A stretch of 64,000 nucleotides of DNA from positions 3,162,001-3,226,000 of the forward strand of contig CM035358.1 in assembly GCA_020137815.1 (NCBI GenBank). Direction: 5' to 3'. How positions within the stretch are numbered: position 1 is the first letter of the stretch; the number at the start of each line of letters is the position of its first letter. The position numbers and the translations under genes were made by a program. The stretch comes from Hormiphora californensis. Lineage: Eukaryota; Animalia; Ctenophora. This document shows positions 33,828 through 44,500 of the stretch, piece by piece. The notes under the pieces are model-generated. The model saw only the letters and a program-made list of their open reading frames with translations, had not been told where the DNA came from and searched no databases.

Positions 33828-35330
33828 AGGGAGAGAGAGAGAGTGCTGTATAAGCGTCAGAGAGAGAATAAAGATAAGGAGAGAGGCTGAGAAGTTGTCC
33901 TCTATCCCTCCTCTATTCGTAACCGCAACATCATCGGTTGGCTTGTTTCCGCTAATGGGCGATATCATTTCTCTCTATCTCTCCCCCATCTCTATCTCTC
34001 TCCCCCATCTCTATCTCTCTTTCTCAAACCATGTCTTCCCATTAGCTCAAGAAACGTGAAGCTCAACTAAAACAAAAAGAAGAGCTGGCTGATGGGCTCC
34101 ATTTGATCGACTTTGAACAGCTCAAGATTGAGAACCAGACCTATAATGAGAAGATTGAGGAGCGGAATGAGGAACTCCTCAAGCTCCGGAAGAAGATCAC
34201 TACCACTGTCCAGGTATTATAGTTGCGGTGGCGTCCCCATTGGAAGTTTTGTGGTAGTTTTGCGGTCCGGCCTGGTAGCGATGCTGATGATGTAATGTTT
34301 CAGGAAGGTCATTGGCCACTCGATTATTAGCATTAGACTTTTATTCTTTAAAGATTCAGATTCAGATACCCCGAATATTTCCCACGGTTATTGCTGCATA
34401 CCCGAAATTCGAAAGAAAGAAAAATCCGTTTTTCAAACCCGCAAGTTCTCAAAGTTTAAACCCACAATATGGTCAGCTTCTACAACTTTATATTATCAGG
34501 TTCTGACGCATGTCAAGGAGAAACTCCAGTTCGTTCAAGGAGAGAACGCTGGACAAAGAGAGAAATTGAAAGTTGTTGAGTTTGAGGTATGAAACTCTTG
34601 TTTAACTGCAACCACGAGAAACGCCAAATACTAAAACCAAACTAATACGATAAATTTATCTTTACCGTTTTGCTTCCCATATATCCTAGGTCGCCAAAAA
34701 GAGGGATATCCTTTCTCGAACGAAGCAAGCCAGGGATGCCCTTAGAATTGATAATGTTAAACAGAGAAAGAAGTGCGGCTTGATTGGACAGGAATCACTC
34801 CTTCGTGATCTAGAGGTATTGTAAAGTCGGATTTTTTGAAACTGTCACCCCCTGGGTATTTTCAAATTTCGTAAATGACCATAAATCCGGTTCCTGACGA
34901 GATAGAGACTTGAAATTTGGAGGTTACGAAGATCTTGCTAAGTTCTTCCGAACCTCCAAATTGCAAGTCTCTATCTTATCAGGAACCGGAGATATGGCAA
35001 ATTTTTTATTTCAGGGGGGTGACAGTTTCAAAAAATCCGACTTTATATTGGATCAATGTGTGATCACTTTGTTTCATTACACCTCTCTCGGTGTTGTGGC
35101 TCAGTTAAGGATTCCTTCAACCCATGTTAATTGATATGTCCTGACCCTCCTTTAAGGGTCGAGATGGGGCTCGAGCAACTAAATATTACCTTCTCGTGCA
35201 GGTTCGGAAAGACGACAGTGAGTCCCTGACGACTTCTATCGAGAACCTACAGCGCCACCACATGGACCTGCTGATGCAGGTGGATGGGGTGCGACAGAAG
35301 GTTGATGCTGTCAAGGTTCATTCTATGTGA
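31953..35330 (+). CDS. CCDC96: Coiled-coil domain-containing protein 96 (CFAP184; ciliary, DUF4201)
   Basis: 8 exons (~31953-32019, 32200-32539, 32701-32886, 33000-33111, 34045-34213, 34500-34586, 34690-34815, 35202-35330). Diagnostic segment LKQKEELADGLHLIDFEQLKIENQTYNEKIEERNEELLKLR. Confidence 0.92.
33104..33591 (-). CDS. Small secreted propeptide (neuropeptide-precursor-like), 70 aa, nested antisense in a CCDC96 intron
   Basis: Exons 33591-33530, 33376-33263 and 33140-33104 have GT-AG sites and matching phase-2 junctions. Product: MKCSLVILVALCLFSASTAKSLGSLESHEDNSGAAEEGRYVRDIGHGLRLDGGMLNDQDMDDDSTNSIPY*. Confidence 0.82.
34822..35045. mobile_element. MITE in a CCDC96 intron
   Basis: TIR taaagtcggattttttgaaactgtcaccccctg / cagggggtgacagtttcaaaaaatccgacttta. 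Confidence 0.88.
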
Positions 35331-35923
35331 TTTTAGAAGGGATCTACAGAGAGACACTGGAATTAGAGATTATCTGAAAGACTGGGACTCAGACAATAAG
35401 AGATGAACACAGGGGAAAGTGAAAATGGTTTTGAGACTTTTGAGAGATGAGTGATATGTAAATAGAAGACTTTCTTACTTAGTGCGACTGTAAATAATAT
35501 ACACGTGGCGAGTCAAATGTTTTTTAACAAATCAAAAGAAGCTGAGTTTTGACGCATGTTACCTCCAGCATTTGACGCTGCATTACAGGCTGATTACGAC
35601 ATTGTTCGCCAATCTCCTACAACGCAGAAACTCAGTCATGGATCGAGGGAGAGAGAGAGAAAGTAAGGGAAGGAGAGAGAGGAAGAGGGCAATAGAGAGA
35701 AAGACGGAGCTAGATTCATATAATTTATCTCTCATAAAATGATGAACATGCACGCATGCAGGCGTTCTAAACACAGTTAATAAAAACACGGCCCCGCGAC
35801 GTATCCCAAGAGAGATGGAGAGAGAGGGGGTGGTTAGTTAAAAAGAATTCTAGCTATTTATATTCCCCTGCTGACTCTCTGCAGTACTATAGTAAAGCCG
35901 CTCAGTAGTATATTTTGTAAATC

Positions 35924-38343
35924 ATGGTGCGTTGTCAGTTGGTGGGGGATGCGGGGGTTGGAAAGCGGAGTTTAGCTCATCAGTTTGTTATGGCTCACTG
36001 TCCCCAACATCTACCGTCAACCTTTGAAAGGTATCCATTATGTCTTCCAGCTGTCAACCTCTTTTCTTCCAGTTGTCCAGTTGTGATACTTTACATGATA
36101 TGGTTTCAACCCTTCATCTCAACCCAAGTAGAGACGGCCTCCAAGAAGAAGACACTTTACATGACGCAGCGTCCTCGGCCCGGTTCGGGTAGTCTTTTGT
36201 GGGACAATTGAATCCAAACTGAGTCTTTAGATAAGTAATATCTCCCTCCAGTTACTGCAAGATTTACGAGGGACAAGAGATAGAGTTGCTAGTTGACCTG
36301 CCAGTAGATGTACACAATGTACCCATGACTGAAGAGTATTTTAAAACTGTAAGTTCAGTGAGAATTCTAAGTCACCATAATCTTCGTAAATAATTTTTAT
36401 ACTAAAACTTCTAAACCCGGTCCAGCAGGTGCGACTGATTTAAATAAACTATTCATTTGTTGCTAGGTTGACGCTTTGATATTTTGTTTTTCTGTGGACA
36501 ATCTTGGTAGTTTTGAAAGATGTCAGAAACACTGGTTTCCTCTTCTACGACCCTTCATTTATGATATACCTTCATTCCTGGTTAGTACTGTGTGGTTAGT
36601 ACTGTGTGGTTAGTACTGTGTGGTTAGTACTGTGTGGTTAGTACTGTGTGGTTAGTACTGCGTGGTTAGTACTGTGTGGTTAGTACTGTGTGGTTAGTAC
36701 TGTGTGGTTAGTACTGTGTGGTTAGTACTGTGTGGTTAGTACTGTGTGGTTAGTACTGTGTGGTTAGTACTGCGTGGTTAGTACTGTGTGGTTAGTACTG
36801 TGTGGTTAGTACTGTGTGGTTAGTACTGTGTGGTTAGTACTGTGTGGTTAGTACTGTGTGGTTAGTACTGTGTGGTTAGTACTGTGTGCAACCCTCACCT
36901 CAGTGCTACCATCGTATTCTTAATTATCAATTCATTTGTTATTCTTAACATCTGATTTATAGTTTCGCATCCTAGGTTGGGTGTAAGAGTGACTTATTAC
37001 CGAGGACATCGATTCTTTCTGGGATAACTTCCCCTATTAGATCTCCCTCACCACCACCACCACCTCCTCCCACTATGGAAAATGGGACTTCAATTACACC
37101 GCCCCTATCAGCAGGTAAGTTGTTCAGCCCACTCCTAGAATATTGTTACTGAAGTAGGTTATTCTTCAAATTAGCTTCACAAATTACAACATGTGTCCCA
37201 TGGCCTGGTAGTAACTAGTAGAGGTCTAATGCTACTGACAGTGGCAGTTGGTACTAATATTACAGCTGACAATGGTTCATTGTTTCTAAGTAAACGCTCA
37301 GACACGAGATTCAAATTGAGAACAATAAACAAACACAATGAAAGCACATCTCTTTCTGATCTTATGTGTACTCTGTGTGAGAAAAGAATAGTTCACAAAT
37401 CACAATGTTCTAGTATTCCACACAATGGTTTATCTTGCCCTCCTTCTCTTCCCTATGTGTTATGCTGCAAACTGCTGGGACAGGACATGTCGTTCAAATC
37501 ACTCCTGAACCAATCCCCTGTAACCAACCAATGCAGTACTGTGATGTAAGTATCACTCTGTAAGACAGTCTACAGCAGCAAGAAATCTCCACCTCCCTCC
37601 CTAACCTGTGACTAGTACATTCACCTATGCCTGTTTCTGTCACCATGACGATCTAGGAGTTGCACTGTGCTCCTGTTCAGGTAAAGACCCAGGCAGTTGT
37701 AGTGTTCAGTATCCTCGCATTGTTTGGGTTGTGTTTGGGGGTTTGTACTGCCAAATCGGTCATGTGGTGGCAACATAAGAAGGAGTTGTTAGAGGCACAT
37801 GAGAGGAGGAAGAGGCTGAATGCTCCTACATCACCTGACTTGAGAGGAGAGGAGATGCTGGGCAAGTTGGAGGCGGCTTAGCAGTTTGATAAGGTGTGTC
37901 TTGTTTAATAAGGTGTGGAGGATCTCTCTCCTATTTAGCTGAGCCTTTGGGATCATTCATCTCTCTCCTGCGGTGTATTTAGCTGAGCCTTTGGGATCAT
38001 TCATCATCACCGCATCATGTCCTCTACTTTCATCTCCGTCTCAGATTCATCACTCTCTACTTTGTACCACTTTACAATAACTCACCGCATCATGTCCTCT
38101 ACTTTCATCTCTTTGATCGTCTCTACTAACAACCCCCTACCCAGGTCCACTAACAACTCTCCACCCCCAGGTCCACTCTTTGTAACTTGGGAACTGGGGG
38201 ATAACCTGGCCCGACAGCTGGCATGCCAATCCTACCACGAGTGTTCCACAAGGGAGGACACATCCTCGATTAACAGACTGTTCTCGAGTGTAACAGACAA
38301 AACTAAGAATCCATCCCAGAGTTGTGTGTGTACTGTCCAGTGA
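35924..38343 (+). CDS. Atypical Rho-family small GTPase with a Pro-rich insert and CaaX box
   Basis: Exons ~35924-36030, 36252-36348, 36467-36580, 36977-37114 and 38171-38343. Motifs CQLVGDAGVGK, PSTFE, IFCFSVDNLGSF..HWFP, LVGCKSDL, YHECS and C-terminal CTVQ*. Confidence 0.85.
36581..36888 (+). repeat. 14-bp minisatellite (GTTAGTACTGTGTG)x22 starting at the splice donor
   Basis: Read directly: 308 bp, with two variant units (gcgtg). Confidence 0.97.
37229..37881 (+). other. Possible nested Cys-rich single-pass membrane protein gene or pseudogene in the Rho intron
   Basis: ORF 37193-37549 is Cys-rich with NxT/S sites. ORF 37660-37881 has a TM segment (AVVVFSILALFGLCLGV) and a charged tail. 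The splice phases do not join cleanly. Confidence 0.35.
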
Positions 38344-38434
38344 AAGAGAGGGGTGTTTTTTTGCTTTGAAAATCTATCTCACGTGTGTGTTTTTATGAAC
38401 TACTTTTTAGTTCTTTTCCAAAATCATTGTTTTT

Positions 38435-39502
38435 CTAGACCTTCTGATTGTTCCGTGCAATGAATGCTCGAGAGGAGAGGCTGGAAGGGTTCCGATTGAC
38501 GCCCCAATTCTGGCCACTTCCAGCAGAAGAATCCCCGGTTGTACCACGTGGGAATCGGAGAACCCCATAACGTACCAAGTCTCGGACCATAGTGCGGATA
38601 CCAGTATTACGGAGGCAAATTATAAGGGGGTTATAGGCAACTAGCATGGCCTGACAGATCACGGCTTCAGTGAATTGTAGATAATAATACCAGTAGGGCC
38701 AGGGATGATCAGGTTCCGGGGCGGGCTTGAAGTCTATTAGAATCTCAGATCCAATCGATAGTACACACCAAATGAGTAGCCCAACATTTAGATACAATAT
38801 CATAATGGCACTTCTCCGCTTCATGTCGGTGAGCTGGTTTCCACAGGTGAACAAGTGGACTACAGTGAGAAGAGAGAGGACTAGAGAGATCCCAGTGTTG
38901 ACCAGGAACATCAAAACAGAAAGGGTGAACCTAAGAAATGTAGCCCCTGTGTCTTTTGTGTTTACTATATCTAGAACTGTTTGTAAAGCACTAGACCACT
39001 CATACCTATCGCCTCCAAAGTTTATCAACATAGCCCCGCTTGATAACCAGACGAAATTCACTGCAACAAATGTCCATGTAATGATAGAGACACTCTTCTC
39101 ATGTGATATGACCCACAGGGGAAACCTGATCTTGATGTATCTAACAAATGATATGGCGCATGTGATTGCCATTGAAGAGAATCCCAGAACGTATGTAAAA
39201 AGGCAGACACCCCGTCTTGCTAGGGTTGTATCAACAATGAACATGGGATCACGTATTGGCTTTATCAGGTTGTAGAGAGAGGAGACAGCACGGAGGAGAA
39301 ATAGGAAATCAACTGCAGCAAGAAGTTGGAATAGTCTGGAAACGATGGAGGGGGGCTGTTTGTAGTTGTAGATAAACACCACAGGATTTAGGAGAAAGGA
39401 GATCAGAGTAGAGATGATGAGAATAACGGCGAAGATAACGGTGAGAGGAGTATCCCAGTCCGAGTTGTGGGGATAGTTGGTATCGGGGTAGAATATTGCC
39501 AT
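38435..39502 (-). CDS. Intronless orphan rhodopsin-class GPCR
   Basis: 355 aa with 7 hydrophobic segments; LNP (TM1), LAAVD (TM2), ISFVRYIKIRFP (DRY-like) and YNPLII (TM7). Confidence 0.9.
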   Translation of the reverse strand: MAIFYPDTNYPHNSDWDTPLTVIFAVILIISTLISFLLNPVVFIYNYKQPPSIVSRLFQLLAAVDFLFLLRAVSSLYNLIKPIRDPMFIVDTTLARRGVCLFTYVLGFSSMAITCAISFVRYIKIRFPLWVISHEKSVSIITWTFVAVNFVWLSSGAMLINFGGDRYEWSSALQTVLDIVNTKDTGATFLRFTLSVLMFLVNTGISLVLSLLTVVHLFTCGNQLTDMKRRSAIMILYLNVGLLIWCVLSIGSEILIDFKPAPEPDHPWPYWYYYLQFTEAVICQAMLVAYNPLIICLRNTGIRTMVRDLVRYGVLRFPRGTTGDSSAGSGQNWGVNRNPSSLSSRAFIARNNQKV

Positions 39503-40527
39503 AACTTTACAAATATGATAATATCAGAAAATATAATAGGTTATTTTGTTCAGACTCTGCTGGTGGAAAGCAACAGCCAACAAATAGGGTACAACATTGA
39601 ACTGTAAGATAGTGCATGGTTATCACTTATCAGAGACGGCTTCTTATATTTCTCGCTCACGCACTTCATATTTCTTCATTTCTCTCCCAACGCGTCTCCC
39701 TCTCCCTCGCGTGACGCGGGAGCCACTTCCTAGGCCCTCATGTACATGTACAACGTAATATGTGTCAATGTTGCTCCCGCTAACACACTTTTTATCAGCT
39801 ACCCTAGGGCCTAGAAATACTTGGTGATAAGTCACGCGAAGTGTTTCATACATCCCCTGCCGCCCACTAGTGGCCACTTGCTGGAAAGTTACCACTGCGG
39901 GGATTTCTCAGTTTCCATACCCTCAGTGAGAATTCTCCCCTGTGGCCTGTATAGATGTTAACATTTGCCTGGGTCCGCTGATATCAAGCTACAACGTTCT
40001 GGTGCAAATGGGACCACCCTGTCCTGGTAGTATTTTCTCTAGAGAAAGTATATGGACGAAGAGTCGCAGTATTAAATGTCAATAACCTTCCTAGCACCCT
40101 AAAAAGTCTTGTTGTGTGAAACAGTGCCGAGCAAGGCAAAAAAGTCATATGACGGACTCTTGAACTAGCAAGTGCAGTTCCAGTGATAGCATGTGCGTCG
40201 CGCGCGAGATACAGCTTGTAATGAAAGGACCCCTGAGTTGGCGCGGTAACCAGGACGACGTCCCGGCCACAGCGTGCCTCGGGAATCTATTTGTAGGCCG
40301 AAATTGATCGACCCCTATCCTGATTTAAGAAGAAATGACAACAATTCTTGGATTTCACAAAAAATAGCCATATTTTACAGAAAGATATACCCTTGTACAT
40401 AAATAAACAATAATCAATAAGTGCTATACACAGAGTCGATAAAGGAAAAAAACAATGGAGTGACAGACTAGCTGACAGTAGAACCAATAAAACAAATATA
40501 ATACACCGTCCTATCTCTCTGTACAAA

Positions 40528-41431
40528 TCCTTATTATAAAGTACAAATGCGTGGCGTGATGGTGAGGAGGAGGATGTAGTATCCACACGTGCAAATAGAG
40601 GGGGTTGCCAAGGAGGTGCCTTGGAAGGGGTATTGGAGAGGGGATACTGCACGTGCATGTTGTTGGTTGTTTGTTGCGTGTTCCTGTGTTGTTCCTGTGG
40701 TGTTTTGGGATCTACTACTGGGGCCGCCATGATTGACAAAGCCTTTCTACCTACGTACCCCGTTGATTCTCTACACACAGCTACAATTTTACGGATCTTT
40801 ATCACCTGATTCTACATGTTATTCAGCGGGATTTCCCTTGATGTTTATCACCAGCGCTCTACCACTCTACCAACCTCCGTATTCTTTACCCCGACATGGA
40901 GAGACGAAGAGTAAGAGGGGGAGAGACATATAGAGACGGGTGGGGGGGCTGTTGCATCTACTTCAATGGGCTTTCTAGTCTCTATTATAATAAGCAAATG
41001 AACGTCGTGGTGAGGAGGAGGATGTAGTATCCACACGTGCAAATAGAGGGGGGTTGCCAAGGAGGTGCTCTGGGAGGGGTATTGGAGGGGGAATACTGCA
41101 CGTGCATGTTATTGTTTGTTTGTTGCGTGTTCCTGTGTTGTTCCTGTGGTGCTTTGGGATCTACTGCTGGGACCTCCATGATTGCCAAAGCCTTTCTACC
41201 TACGTACCCCGTTGATTCTCTACACAGCTACAATTCTACGGATCTTTATCACCTGATTCTACATGTAATTCAGCAGGATTTCCTTTGATGTTTATCACCA
41301 GCGCTCTACCATTTTACCAACCTCCGTATTCTTTACCCCGACATGGAAAGACAAAGAGTGAGAGGGGGAGGGGGGCATAGAGACGGGTGGGGGGGGGGGG
41401 GGCTATTGTAGGACTTCAATGGGCTTTCTAG
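40528..41431 (+). mobile_element. Head-to-tail dimer of a ~450-bp non-autonomous Helitron
   Basis: Units 40528-40978 and 40979-41431 each start with TC plus an AT-rich TATTATAA stretch and end caatgggctttCTAG. The internal junction is CTAG|TC and the outer flanks are A and T. Confidence 0.75.
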
Positions 41432-41514
41432 TAAACAATAACAACCAACACAATAATACCACTCTCAGTGTCCCTAGTTTCCCACTGAGAGACATCTCCA
41501 CTCTCTCTCCCCCA

Positions 41515-44500
41515 CTAAGCAGAATCCTTGGGACGTGGTGAAACAGGGAAATCTGTTTTCTCAATCCACTCTGCCACTTTCAGTCGAGTTCGTTCCAGAA
41601 TTGTTGGGTCCTCACTTTTACAGTAGAATAAAAGATGATTCTGGGACCAGGACAGAGGGACAAACATGCTGCACTGAGAGAGAGGGGGTGTTAGATATGT
41701 GAAATATGGGGATTTATCTGGAGGCTAGGATACAGAATTGTTATGTTCTAACCCTCCCTTAACGTTGTAAAGGAAAGGGGCCCGAATCACAGTCTAGCCA
41801 GGCAAATACAGAATAGGAATATTGGATCACTGTGTTGCAGTACAGACCTGGTTATACATCTGTGCAGTGGAGATGGTGCCATGTTTATCATAGAAGATGA
41901 CAGGTTCCATCGGATCACCATTCTTACTCCACTTGCCAAAGTTCAGCTTTAATTTCTAGCAGGGGAATGAGGAATGTAGTAAATATGAGGTGGGAGAATT
42001 AGAATTAGAAAGATAGGAATCACAATCAGATAGGGACCTAACAGCCCTTATTACCTCAACAGTAAGATGTGGTGTAAGGTCCTCCTCACCTCCTAATACC
42101 TCCTTCAATAGGGTCTTATTGTCCTGAAAAACAATATAAAATAGAAATGTCCAACTGAGCAGGTTTAAATTAGAAAGGGACATGCTTGTTCTATTGCTTA
42201 CCGGGAAGGTACGATTTGAGGGTGGGGTCTCCCTTATTAATGTGTATAACTGCCTCGTGTGTATCCGGCGCAGGAGAGCTTTAGCCTGCAAGAAACGCTA
42301 GTTGGCACGGTCAGTTCATTGTGTCAGAAGTCATTGTGTTAGGTGAATAACATGACAGAAACATATGAATTTGTCCAATGATATCAGTAACATACCTGTT
42401 TCATTTCCTCAGTGGTACTACCCCTAAAGTTAGATATTTGTTCGAGGATTCCGTCAGTCAATGTCAGATAAACCTCCATGTTATTTGGGGATTCTGATAG
42501 GCTGCATTCTGGGTACAAATCTGACGTGTCTACCAGTCGTAACACATCGGCAATCCTGGGGATAATCTCTATCAGTACTGTGGTGGTATAGTTGTGGGTT
42601 AACGGGTGGAATTAGACTCACATTAACGCGACAGCTACAGTTGTTGGGTGTTGGTATGCAATCCGTCGAAGGTGCATTCTCAGATAAAACATGTTGAACA
42701 GGTTGTCCTTTTCCTACGAAGCAATAAATTGTGGTAATTATGTGGGATTAAATTCCAGAACACCAACTTGACTGAACGACTGTCTACTACAATGTTCTAG
42801 ACATGCTGTCTAGACATAATTGCCACACCTACATTCCAAAGGTGTTAAAAATGTCAGTTTATGCTAAAGTGGATTGTTGCTGACTCACACTTTTGTTGTG
42901 AGAGAGGCTCCGCGCGCGCTCAACAGTCGTGAAATGGAAACATTCCACAGAATCTGTGGAACTTCGCGCGTCAATCAGGAAACACGGTTCTCCGGGAGAT
43001 TTAGATACTAGAGGGTCCTCGAATTAACTGGTTTAACAGATTTCCACTTTACTGTCACCACAACAGCTAGTTATATCTTGACTGTTTTAAACATTTATAA
43101 CTCACTGCTGCAGCATTCTGCTTCAAGCTGCAGGCTGCATGCAGCATATAAACGAGAAAGCAGATTGAGAGAGAGTGCAGTATGCGTGTAACATGTACTA
43201 TCCACAGACAGTATACACTAATAACTGCTGGTGTGTACAATGTATACCTTGTCTCTGATGGCTATCCTCTGCTCTCCCTCACAGTCGACCAGTTTTATTC
43301 GGTTTATCAATCGCCTAATGAGAGAAAGCATTTCTTAATTAACACAGCAATCTGAGTTAATTAATTAAAATTTCACACTTTTTCCCTGCCAATCACCAGC
43401 GAATTGATCGGCCGTGTCCTGGCTCAAACCCTTTCTACATCCAACTCCCTGAAATACCTACCCTCCCCTGACCCATCCCCCCTGACCCCTCCTACCTCCA
43501 ATCAAAAGTGCAGTTGAGTCCAAAGAAATAACAATCCCGTAACAGGTAATCAAATTTATCCACATCAATCCCTGTTCTCTCATTAGCGACTATCTGAAGA
43601 CGGGGGAAGTATTAGTTGTCTTTCTGTCAGTAGAATATACTGGACTCAATGAAATAATAACTTCCTATCTCTGCTTGTAATATATGTCGTCATAGAGATA
43701 ATACATACAGGCTAGGTGGTATGACAGGGTGTGTCATTTACTCGGCTTGGATTGACATACAAGCTATCTAGCGTATTTGATTATTCCACTAGGATATCAA
43801 TCGACAATCATTACACCTTATTATAGGCCAGTCATATGACGTTGTGAAATGGAACTAATTGATCTAAAAGCGATTCTCTACAACCACTGGTGGTTGTAGA
43901 GACCCATTGGAGGGCCCTGGAAGTGGAATTGCTTTTAGATCAATTACTTCCTTTTTCAGCGATATATCGACGTCATATGACTGGCCTATTATTACACTTT
44001 CGGTGTTTCTTCCTGATGTATGGAATGGTCTCCCCCTTGAGCTCAGATCAGTTCATCCTGTTGATCTGTTTAAGGCAAGACTAAAGACAAGGTTATTCCA
44101 GGAGGCATTCGGATCTGCTTCAGAGTTGTAATCGGAGGTGCCCTATCCTTCCCCTTTCCCGTGTCGAGCAGACAATTCTAGCATAGCAATTCCTTACTAC
44201 TTCCCTTCCTAGGGCTATTATAGCAGGGGGGCTGCTGATGCAGTTGAGCTGACTTTTGTTTGTAGCATGAGGGCTGCTGGCTTTGTTATCCCGATTTATA
44301 GTCTGTTATTTAATTTCAGCTAACAAGTTGTTTTCCAGAAGTTTATGTGTCCCGTTTTTCCTTAGGCTTTTTTCAATTTTTTGGAGTATATAATCAGTAG
44401 ATGTGTCTATTTTGTTCTAAGTGAGTCAGGATATTAACTATCTTGGTGTACCGCTCTGAATCTGGGCAGTGTTGGACTCATGTCAATGATCCAGCCCTGT

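Noticed and set aside
38727-39275. 182-aa plus-strand ORF
   Set aside because: Antisense shadow of the GPCR with no recognisable features.
40528-41431. LTR pair
   Set aside because: No TG..CA ends, internal region or TSD. The TC..CTAG termini fit a Helitron.
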